From: Chloroflexota bacterium
GTDB taxonomy: Bacteria > Chloroflexota > UBA11872
Assembly: GCA_965207185.1 (NCBI GenBank)
Contig: OZ242271.1
Span: 1,856,806-1,920,805 of the forward strand
Length of the DNA stretch: 64,000 nt
Reading direction: 5' to 3'
Position numbers and translations under genes: made by a program. Below are positions 34,189-42,021 of this stretch, piece by piece. The notes beneath the pieces were generated by a model that had not been told where the DNA came from, did not search any database, and saw only the letters and a program-made list of their open reading frames with translations. Positions within the stretch are counted from its first letter, which is position 1; the number at the start of each line of letters is the position of its first letter.

Positions 34189-35955
34189 TCAGGCCGCGTC
34201 GGCCGACGCTTCCTCCTCGGCTTCGCAGTAGGGCAGCCCGAGCTCGCCCACATCGGTTTGGGCGGCCTCGGCCAGCGCCGCGGGAATGCATCCGGTCAAC
34301 GCGTTCCCCTCGAGGAATACCCGGCGCAGGTTGGTCAGGTTCCCCAGCTCGACCGGAATGTCGCCCGTCAGTTGGTTTTGCTCCAGCCCCAGGACCGTCA
34401 GGCTGCTGAGGTTGCCCAGTTCAGCCGGGATCGCGCCGCTCAATTGGTTATGCCGGAGCCAAAGCTCGTCCAGGTTCACAAGGTTGCCCAGTTCGGAAGG
34501 AATTGGGCCGCTCAGGCGGTTGTGATCGAAGTCGAGTTGGGTGAGGCCGGTAAGGGTGCCCAGTTCAGCCGGGATTTCGCCGCTCAACTGGTTAGACCAG
34601 AGCCCGATCCAGACCACGTTGGGGAGATTGCCCAGTTCGGCCGGAATCGGGCCGCTGAGCTGGTTCAGGGTGAAGTCCATGTGGGTGAGGGTGGCGAGGC
34701 TGCCCAGTTCGGGCGGAATCTCACCAGTCAACTCGTTAATGCCGAGAGCCACCCACGCCAGGCTCTCCATGTCGCCCAGCTCGGCGGGGATGGACCCACT
34801 CAGTCGATTGGCCCAGAGGGAGAGACGGGTGACCTTGTCAAGGTTGCCAATCGTGGGCGGGATCTCGCCCACTAGCTGGTTCCCGAAGAGGTCCAGATTC
34901 GTCAGACCGGTGAGTTGGCCGATTACCGCCGGGATCTGGCCGCTTAACTGGTTCTGCGAGAGGTCCAACTCGACAACGCGGCCAGCTCCGATCGTGACGC
35001 CGTACCACTCGCTCAGGGGCGCGTTGCCGAGCCAGTTGTCGTTGAGATTCCAGTTGGGGCCGTCCAAGGCGTGGTAGAGCGCAACCAGCGCGTCGCGGTC
35101 GGCGTAGTACTGCGCAACGAGCGCGTCGATACCCGAGATTTCCTCCAGAGCGAAGGTTTGGCCGTCGTCCAGCGGAGTGGCGGCGTGAAAACTCGTGAAC
35201 GCCTGGTGGATTTGGAACGGGTAGCGGGCGTCGCGGAAATCGTCACCCAGGAAGCGCAGGTTCACCGGCTGGGCGCTGCCGGGCCGGTACTCGAAGACCG
35301 CGGCCTGAAAGTACTGGCGGATCACGCTGGGGTCGGCTCCGCCAATGCCGAGCAGGGCGCCGGGCGCGTCGTCCAGTCTGGCATCGGACCTGGGATGCCC
35401 AAAGGCAGCCAAGCCGCCCATGGCGTTGAAGAAGTCCAGGAAGCCAGTCGTCGTACCGTCGACCGCCAGATTAGAGACTCGGTGACCCCACGGGCCCAGG
35501 AGCAAGCCGGGCTGCTCGCTACGCAGATTCGGTTCGGCGCCCAGGCCGCTGAGGTAGTCCCAGACCAGCCGACGCTCCATGCGCCAGACGCCGTCGCGCT
35601 CCTGGCAGTCCAGAATGCCGTGCTGGTAGTACTGGGTCAGGACGCCGGTGTGCTCGCTGATGACTTCAGACGTTGCATAACCCCAGCGGTCGACATCGCC
35701 GGTAGCCCGGTAGAACGTGAGAAAGTCACAGGACACCTCGGCGTCGTCGACCGACAGCGTCAGGTCGGGAATATTGTGGCCAAGAGTCTCGTCGGGCTGT
35801 GTGAACGCGGAACGCTGCACCACGGCGGAGAGGCCGCCACTTGTCATGTCGTCCTGGTCGTGTTGGTCGGCCATGACGGGCGTAACGAACGCCACGAGCA
35901 CGAAGAGCGAGGCAAGCAGGATGGAGACTAGGCGTATGGGTGCTGGACGATGCAT
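34189..35955 (-). CDS. Secreted leucine-rich repeat protein with plant-type (PS-LRR) 24-residue repeats and an about 290-aa N-terminal domain of unknown function
   Basis: Signal peptide MHRPAPIRLVSILLASLFVLVAFVTPVMA. LRRNT-like cap NWNLNDNWLGNAPLSEWYGVTI. At least 10 repeats of LxxLxxLxLxxNxLSGxIPxELGN; C-terminal Cys cap. Confidence 0.8.
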   Translation of the reverse strand: MHRPAPIRLVSILLASLFVLVAFVTPVMADQHDQDDMTSGGLSAVVQRSAFTQPDETLGHNIPDLTLSVDDAEVSCDFLTFYRATGDVDRWGYATSEVISEHTGVLTQYYQHGILDCQERDGVWRMERRLVWDYLSGLGAEPNLRSEQPGLLLGPWGHRVSNLAVDGTTTGFLDFFNAMGGLAAFGHPRSDARLDDAPGALLGIGGADPSVIRQYFQAAVFEYRPGSAQPVNLRFLGDDFRDARYPFQIHQAFTSFHAATPLDDGQTFALEEISGIDALVAQYYADRDALVALYHALDGPNWNLNDNWLGNAPLSEWYGVTIGAGRVVELDLSQNQLSGQIPAVIGQLTGLTNLDLFGNQLVGEIPPTIGNLDKVTRLSLWANRLSGSIPAELGDMESLAWVALGINELTGEIPPELGSLATLTHMDFTLNQLSGPIPAELGNLPNVVWIGLWSNQLSGEIPAELGTLTGLTQLDFDHNRLSGPIPSELGNLVNLDELWLRHNQLSGAIPAELGNLSSLTVLGLEQNQLTGDIPVELGNLTNLRRVFLEGNALTGCIPAALAEAAQTDVGELGLPYCEAEEEASADAA

Positions 35956-36149
35956 GTGGCGTCGAGGCTTTCTTGTCTTGGCGGTCCGCCCAAATGCCTA
36001 AGCATAAGACCTTCGTCGAATCCGATGGCCGTCGGCTCGTGAAGACTACGTGAGAGGCCTAGTGAATCGTCCCTCGATCCGTGAGACTGTGGTTGTGGGG
36101 TTGGTCAGCCTTGGGTAGCTTTGACGCATCGGCCCATACGCCTCCGCCC

Positions 36150-37952
36150 ATGTCCGAGTCTGTCTCGACTGCTGTCCAATTCGAGCACCTGCTCGATGGC
36201 GTAACCAAACCCGCCCAATACCTTGCGGGCGAGCACAACGCGCGCCAGAAGGACTGGGATTCGGCCCAGACCCGCCTCGCCCTCTGCTTCCCGGACGCCT
36301 ACGAAATCGGCATGTCCAACCTGGCGATGGGGCTGCTGTACGAGTTGGTGAACGACGACACGCCGCATCTCTGCGACCGCAGTTTCACCCCGCTGCCCGA
36401 CATGGCCGACGCCATGCGAGCCCAGAATCTCCCGCTCTTCGGCTGGGAATCGCGCCGCCCCCTGCGCGACTTTCACGTCCTCGGCTTCTCCATGAGCTAC
36501 GAGAGCGGCAACACCAACGTGCTGGAAATGCTGGATCTCGCCAACATCCCCATCGGGCGCGTCGACCGCTCCGACGACGATCCAATCGTCCTTGGCGGCG
36601 GCTCCGCCGTCTCCAACCCCGAGCCCATGGCCGACTTCTTCGACCTCATTGCGGTCGGCGAAGGCGAGGACCTTCTGCAGAAGGTCCTGCACCTGCATGC
36701 CGAGTTTGACCGCACCCAGCCAGGCTGGCGCGATGACTTCGTCGCCGCCTGCACCCGCACCATCCCCGGCGTTTTCGCACCCGGCCTCTACGAGCCCCAA
36801 TACGCCGAGGACGGCGCTTTCCTGGGCCACAAACGACTGCTTGATGACCTGCCCGAGCGGATCGCCCGCCAATACGTCGACATCGACGTCTACAGCGGCC
36901 CCCGCCGCCCCGTCGTCCCCAACACCGGCGTCGTCCACGACCGCATCGCCGTTGAACTGGACCGCGGCTGCGCCCGCGCCTGCCGCTTCTGCCAGGCCGG
37001 CTACCTCTACCGCCCGGTCCGCCACCGCAACAAGGAGCTGGTGGAGCAAGCCGTTGACCGCTGCCTCACCGCCACCGGCCAGAGCGAAGTCTCCCTGCTC
37101 TCACTCAACGCCGTGGACTACAAGGGACTGGATGGCGTCATCAACGACGTCTACGACTCCGCCGAGGAGTACGTCCGCGTCTCCATCCCCTCCACCCGCG
37201 TCGAAACCTTCAACGTCGACGTGGCCGACGCCCTGCAACGCGGCGGCAAGCGCGGCGGCAGCCTCACCTTCGCCCCCGAAGCCGCCACCCCCCGCATGCG
37301 CCGCGTCATCAACAAGGAAATCTCGGACGAGGACCTGCTGGAAACCTGCGACATGGCCTTCCAGCGTGGCTTCCGCACCATCAAGCTCTACTTCATGATC
37401 GGCCAGCCCACGGAGACCATCGAAGACGCCCAGGCCATCGCCCACCTGGCCAACCGCGTCATGGCCCTCGGCCGCCGCCACCACGGCAATCGCGCCAAGG
37501 TCAACGTCACCGTCTCCACCTTTATCCCCAAGCCCTTCACGCCCTTCCAGTGGCATCCGCAGGACCGCAGCGACGTTATTCGCGCCAAGCAGCAGGCCTG
37601 CTTTGACATCGCCCGCGACCGCAACATCCACCTGATGTGGCACGACCCCCAGGAAAGCCACATCGAGGCCCTGCTGGCCCTCGGCGACCGGCGTGTAGGC
37701 CGCGCCATCAAGGGCGCCTGGGAACGCGGCTGCCGCTTCGATGGCTGGAGCGAGCATCTCGTCCCAGCGCGTTGGTACGAGGCGATCGAGGCAGCCGGGC
37801 TGGACCTGGACTGGTACATCCACCGCCAGCGCGATCCCGACGAACCCCTCCCCTGGGACCTCGTGGATATCTTCGTCAGCAAGCGCCTGCTCAAGCGCGA
37901 ATACCAGCGCGCCCTCGCCGACGCCGCCACGGAGCCTGCCACCGCCGCGTAG
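36150..37952 (+). CDS. Radical SAM protein (TIGR03960-like, B12-binding-domain type)
   Basis: CARACRFC CxxxCxxC cluster. N-terminus ...KPAQYLAGEHNARQKDWD typical of this family; about 600 aa. Confidence 0.85.
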   Translation: MSESVSTAVQFEHLLDGVTKPAQYLAGEHNARQKDWDSAQTRLALCFPDAYEIGMSNLAMGLLYELVNDDTPHLCDRSFTPLPDMADAMRAQNLPLFGWESRRPLRDFHVLGFSMSYESGNTNVLEMLDLANIPIGRVDRSDDDPIVLGGGSAVSNPEPMADFFDLIAVGEGEDLLQKVLHLHAEFDRTQPGWRDDFVAACTRTIPGVFAPGLYEPQYAEDGAFLGHKRLLDDLPERIARQYVDIDVYSGPRRPVVPNTGVVHDRIAVELDRGCARACRFCQAGYLYRPVRHRNKELVEQAVDRCLTATGQSEVSLLSLNAVDYKGLDGVINDVYDSAEEYVRVSIPSTRVETFNVDVADALQRGGKRGGSLTFAPEAATPRMRRVINKEISDEDLLETCDMAFQRGFRTIKLYFMIGQPTETIEDAQAIAHLANRVMALGRRHHGNRAKVNVTVSTFIPKPFTPFQWHPQDRSDVIRAKQQACFDIARDRNIHLMWHDPQESHIEALLALGDRRVGRAIKGAWERGCRFDGWSEHLVPARWYEAIEAAGLDLDWYIHRQRDPDEPLPWDLVDIFVSKRLLKREYQRALADAATEPATAA

Positions 37953-38078
37953 GTGCGCGGTCCGTTGCTCGCGGACAGTCGACGGTAGGATCTCTTAACT
38001 GCGGGCGGCAGCCGATCCATTGGTCTCCGATACCCCATTCGCGGGCACGGAGAACTACCTTGAACCGAGGAATCGCAG

Positions 38079-38270
38079 ATGTCGCCGGAACTGATTGGAA
38101 TCCTTGCTGTAGGGGCCGCCGTGATAGCTGTCGTCGTAGCCGTCTGGCGCGACGTGCGGACCTGCGTTCGGCACCTGACCAACCGCGTCGACAACCTGAC
38201 CGAACGCGTCGCCCGAATCGAAGGCGTAATCGAAGGCGTCTTGAGTAGTCCTACCCAACCGCCGTCGTAG
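38079..38270 (+). CDS. Small membrane protein: N-terminal TM + coiled coil (paralog of 6466-6666)
   Basis: MSPELIGILAVGAAVIAVVVAVW...NLTERVARIEGVIEGVLSSP. Confidence 0.45.
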   Translation: MSPELIGILAVGAAVIAVVVAVWRDVRTCVRHLTNRVDNLTERVARIEGVIEGVLSSPTQPPS

Positions 38271-38401
38271 CAGTCGATGCACCGTGCGCCGGCGCTTTCA
38301 GATTTTTCTTTGTACAATCAGGCAGGCGTGGGCGGTCGCCAATCAACTGGTTTCCGTCGCCTGGACTGACGGCAACGGAGACTTCGCCCACGGAGCATTC
38401 A

Positions 38402-38929
38402 ATGTCGGACGCGACCGCCCTTGACACCACCCCCGCAACGCAAGCCGATATAGCCGCGCTACGTTTGGATGTCGACGCGCTCCGGACCGATGTCGATCAG
38501 CAGTTCGTGGAGCTGGCAACCGACATCAACGCGCTCTTTCAGCAAGCCGAGGATCGAGAAAACGACTTCCACCGGGCCGTCGTCGCCCGGTTTGACCGCA
38601 CGGATCAGGCTATCGAGGCCGGACTTGAAAACACCCGCCAGGCTTTCGAGGCTCGCCTAACGGACACCCGCCAAGCCCTCGAGGCCCAAATCAACGACAC
38701 CCACCAGACGCTCGAGGCCCAACTCAACGACACCCGCCAGGCCCTCGAGGCCCAGATCCAGGACACCCGCCAGACGCTTGAGGCCCGCCTAGCGGACTCC
38801 CATCAGACCCTCGAGGCCCAAATCACGAACACCCGTGAGGCTGTCGACGCACGACTTGACGGCATCACCGACGGTGTCAACCGCCTGCTTCAGAGTCAGG
38901 GCTTGCCTGGGGTCGGCGCGCACGACTGA
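38402..38929 (+). CDS. Coiled-coil protein built from seven tandem 11-residue repeats (consensus DTRQALEAQIN)
   Basis: TRQAFEARLTD TRQALEAQIND THQTLEAQLND TRQALEAQIQD TRQTLEARLAD SHQTLEAQITN TREAVDARLDG. Confidence 0.55.
   Translation: MSDATALDTTPATQADIAALRLDVDALRTDVDQQFVELATDINALFQQAEDRENDFHRAVVARFDRTDQAIEAGLENTRQAFEARLTDTRQALEAQINDTHQTLEAQLNDTRQALEAQIQDTRQTLEARLADSHQTLEAQITNTREAVDARLDGITDGVNRLLQSQGLPGVGAHD
38633..38863 (+). repeat. 7 x 33-bp tandem direct repeat (coding)
   Basis: ACCCGCCAGGCCCTCGAGGCCCA[A/G]ATC[A/C]A[C/G]GAC-like units. Confidence 0.8.
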
Positions 38930-39014
38930 TTGAGAACTGCCGAACCGGCCAACGATTCCCCGGTTGGCTAAACACCGCATCTAGACCCAGGTACGGCCGC
39001 GTCCCAATCGGCCC

Positions 39015-39947
39015 TCACCCCCGTGCCGGCTCGCTCATCTCCTCCCGCGCCTTCGCCACCAGCCCCGGCAGATGGTCGTCGTTCGCCATCCGCTGCTCCA
39101 GGTGCACCATGCGCTTTGGTCCCGCCGTCCTGACCATGGCGTCGCCGTAGGCGCTCTCCGCCCAGAAGCGCACCAGCGACGCGACATCGTTTCGCAGCGT
39201 GTCCAGGTCCTCGTCGCCGAACCGCTCCGACACATTGATCGTGAACATCCGCCGCCGCGTCCCACCGCCGTACGACGCGTGCTTCAAGTCCTGGTTGAAC
39301 ATGATCAGGTCGCCCGGCTGCGTTTCCAGCGCCACCGCCGGAACCTCGGGACCTGATACGCCTAACGTCTCCGCCGTCTGGTCAACCCTGCTACCACTCA
39401 TCACCTCGTGCAGGCCCAGGGCATATCGATCATTCCGATGATGGCTGCCCGGAATCACCCGCAGGCACCCGGACTCCGCCGTCACCGGATCCAGGTAGAA
39501 CGCGAATTTCAGAAACCGGTACTTCGTGCGCGCAAACCCGTCCGAGTGCCAGCGCGTATCGCCCACGTAAAAGTTCCCGTCGCTGGACTCGTAGTTGTAG
39601 TCGTCCCCCAGCAGCGCCGCAGCCACCCCATCGATCCGCGGGTCGTCAATCAGCGCGCTCAGATACTCGCTCTGGTCGATGAATGGCACGAAGGCCGACC
39701 GCTGCTTGTGATCGTGCTCCCGCCCCCGGTGACCGCCACCGCGCTCGGCCCAGACCCGTTCGAACTCCTCGTTAATCGCCTCGGCCTCGTCGGCGAACGC
39801 CCCGGGGAAGCCCAGATACCCAAACGTCTCGAAAAACTGCGCCTGCTGTTCCGAAAGCTGCATGCCACTGCCCTGCCGCGAGTGGGGGTGCCGGGTCCAG
39901 TCTAGGCCCGCCCAGAACCCGTGTGCAGTCTGGGTCAGCGCGGCCAC
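39015..39947 (-). CDS. Phytanoyl-CoA dioxygenase (PhyH) family Fe(II)/2-oxoglutarate oxygenase
   Basis: WHSDG...H motif region; PhyH-like sequence. Likely start MQLSEQQAQFF at 39863. Confidence 0.75.
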   Translation of the reverse strand: MAALTQTAHGFWAGLDWTRHPHSRQGSGMQLSEQQAQFFETFGYLGFPGAFADEAEAINEEFERVWAERGGGHRGREHDHKQRSAFVPFIDQSEYLSALIDDPRIDGVAAALLGDDYNYESSDGNFYVGDTRWHSDGFARTKYRFLKFAFYLDPVTAESGCLRVIPGSHHRNDRYALGLHEVMSGSRVDQTAETLGVSGPEVPAVALETQPGDLIMFNQDLKHASYGGGTRRRMFTINVSERFGDEDLDTLRNDVASLVRFWAESAYGDAMVRTAGPKRMVHLEQRMANDDHLPGLVAKAREEMSEPARG

Positions 39948-40351
39948 CGCGTGCGCCTGAGGTCGTGCGTCCGCCGCGAGGACTCAGTGCCAGCCTGCGC
40001 GGCTCACCCCGCGCCAGACGAGCGCAGCGGGACGCTAAGGGTCAAGTTAGGGGCCTGATCCGCTTGCATTCCTGGACGAGCCAGGAGACGGGGATCCTCG
40101 CGCTGCAAGAGCGACGTGCTGGCCTCCTCGGTGGTCCGCCCAAAATCCGCAACCCCACGCACCGTCGCTGGTGCATAATGGCCGCATACCGGATACCGGC
40201 TCGTGCCGGGGTGCCGAAACGCTGAGGGGGTGATACATATGGGTGATGCTAGTCGTGGCTTTTCGAGCGCTGCCGTATGTGAGGTGAGCGCCGGGTAACG
40301 TCGCGTGACACCCGGGTACGGCCTAGCCGCGCCCGAAATAGCCGCGAATTA

Positions 40352-40380
40352 ACGAGCGGTCCACCGAGTGGACCGCTCGT
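40352..40380 (-). terminator. Stem-loop terminator downstream of the RidA gene (12-bp perfect stem ACGAGCGGTCCA/TGGACCGCTCGT)
   Basis: Perfect IR 23 nt after the RidA stop, followed by a U-rich TTAATT stretch on the minus strand. Confidence 0.5.
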
Positions 40381-40402
40381 AAACTTTAAGCCGAGGTCGG
40401 CC

Positions 40403-40852
40403 TCAGCTCCGCAGCTGAAACACCGCCTCGATCTCGCAGGGAATGTCCATCGGCAACGTACTGCAGCCCACGGCCGACCGCGTGTGGCGCCCCGCCTCGC
40501 CAAACACCTCTTGCATCAACTCCGAGCACCCGTTCACCACCAGGTGCGTCCCCGACTCGGAAGGCGCGGCGTTGACAAATCCCACTACCTTGATCACCCG
40601 CTCCACCTCGTCCAGGCTGCCCACCGCCTTGCGCACCTGCGCCAGGATGTTCAGCCCCGAGTCGCGGGCCGCTCGCGCGCCGGTTGGGACGTCATAGTCC
40701 TCGCCGACGCGTCCGCGCCAGTCGCCCCCCGGCGGCTGACCCGCAATCCACAGCAGATCCCCGGTGCGCAGCGCCGGCACATACGCCGCCATCGGCGTGG
40801 GCGCCTCCGGCAGCGTGATCCCAAGTTCCTTCAAGCGGGCTTCGTGCGACAC
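40403..40852 (-). CDS. RidA family protein (YjgF/endoribonuclease L-PSP)
   Basis: 149 aa; RidA motifs (ARAARD...GSLDEVERV...PSESG...EIEA). Confidence 0.85.
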   Translation of the reverse strand: MSHEARLKELGITLPEAPTPMAAYVPALRTGDLLWIAGQPPGGDWRGRVGEDYDVPTGARAARDSGLNILAQVRKAVGSLDEVERVIKVVGFVNAAPSESGTHLVVNGCSELMQEVFGEAGRHTRSAVGCSTLPMDIPCEIEAVFQLRS

Positions 40853-40972
40853 AACTCACCATCCCCGATGCCAAAACGGCAGATGCTCAGATTGTAGGCG
40901 TCCCGCCACACGCTAGCCCCCGGTCGTACCCACGCCGATAATGGCGGCATTCACCCGTCGGGGACGAGACCC

Positions 40973-41956
40973 ATGGCCATCCGCACCATCCACGTCGGCG
41001 CCTGGAACCGCGCCCGCTCCCACCTCGGCGTTATGACCCAGTCCGAGGACTTCGAACCCGTTGCCCTGGTCGACGTCAACGAGGAGTTCATGACCCTGGG
41101 CCTCGACCTGGCCGACCTCGGCGCCGATGCCGCCCACACCTCCCTGACCGAGGCGCTCGACGAGCACGAATGTGACGCCGTAGTCGTGGTGACTCCCGTG
41201 ATGCTCCACGCCCAGTTCATCGACGAGGCCCTGGCGGCCGGCAAGCACGTCATGGTGGAGAAGCCGTTCACCGTCAGCCTGGAGGACGCCGAGCGCGCCG
41301 TTGCCACCGCCGAAGCCGCCGGCCTGCAGCTTTTGGTTACCCAGAATGACCGGCTTCGCCCCGCCTACCCCACCATCCGGCGCCATCTCGTCGAGGGAAC
41401 CTACGGCCCGCCTGGCTACGCGGTGATGATTCACCACAAGGCGCGCGGCGGTCCGTACCACGACTCGCCCCACATGCATCTATGGCAGCAGGGTGTCCAC
41501 CAGATTGACACCCTGCTCAGCGCCATCCCCCGAACGCCGGTGCGCGCCCGCGGCATCAGCGTCGAACCCGCCTGGGGCACCTGGCCTACCCCGTCGCTTG
41601 TGCACTCCATCATCGAGTTCGACGACGGAACCTCCGCCACCTATGTCGGCACGTCGCAGGCGCGGCACACTGAATTCCAGTTCACGGTCGAGTGTTCCGA
41701 GGCGGCACTGGCAACCGGTCGGCTGAAGTCCGGCGACTCGCTGCAACTCAAGCGCGGCGTCGAGGTCGAAGACATCCCGCTTGACCCGCCGCCCGGCGGC
41801 ATGTCCCCGGACGAACAGATCTCCGACATGTTCGCCCGCCAGATCAATGAGGGCGTCGACACCCAGCTCTCCGGCCGCAACAACCTCACCACCATCCGCG
41901 TCATCGACGCCATCGCCCGCTCCACCGACTCCGGCCAGGCGGTCGACCTGACCTAG
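40973..41956 (+). CDS. Gfo/Idh/MocA family oxidoreductase
   Basis: N-terminal Rossmann fold; HVMVEKP motif. Confidence 0.85.
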   Translation: MAIRTIHVGAWNRARSHLGVMTQSEDFEPVALVDVNEEFMTLGLDLADLGADAAHTSLTEALDEHECDAVVVVTPVMLHAQFIDEALAAGKHVMVEKPFTVSLEDAERAVATAEAAGLQLLVTQNDRLRPAYPTIRRHLVEGTYGPPGYAVMIHHKARGGPYHDSPHMHLWQQGVHQIDTLLSAIPRTPVRARGISVEPAWGTWPTPSLVHSIIEFDDGTSATYVGTSQARHTEFQFTVECSEAALATGRLKSGDSLQLKRGVEVEDIPLDPPPGGMSPDEQISDMFARQINEGVDTQLSGRNNLTTIRVIDAIARSTDSGQAVDLT

Positions 41957-42021
41957 CCTGGGGGTACATCCCAATGGAACGAGGGGATCGCGACTTGGCT
42001 ATGGCGACGGCGGCTCGCTAA

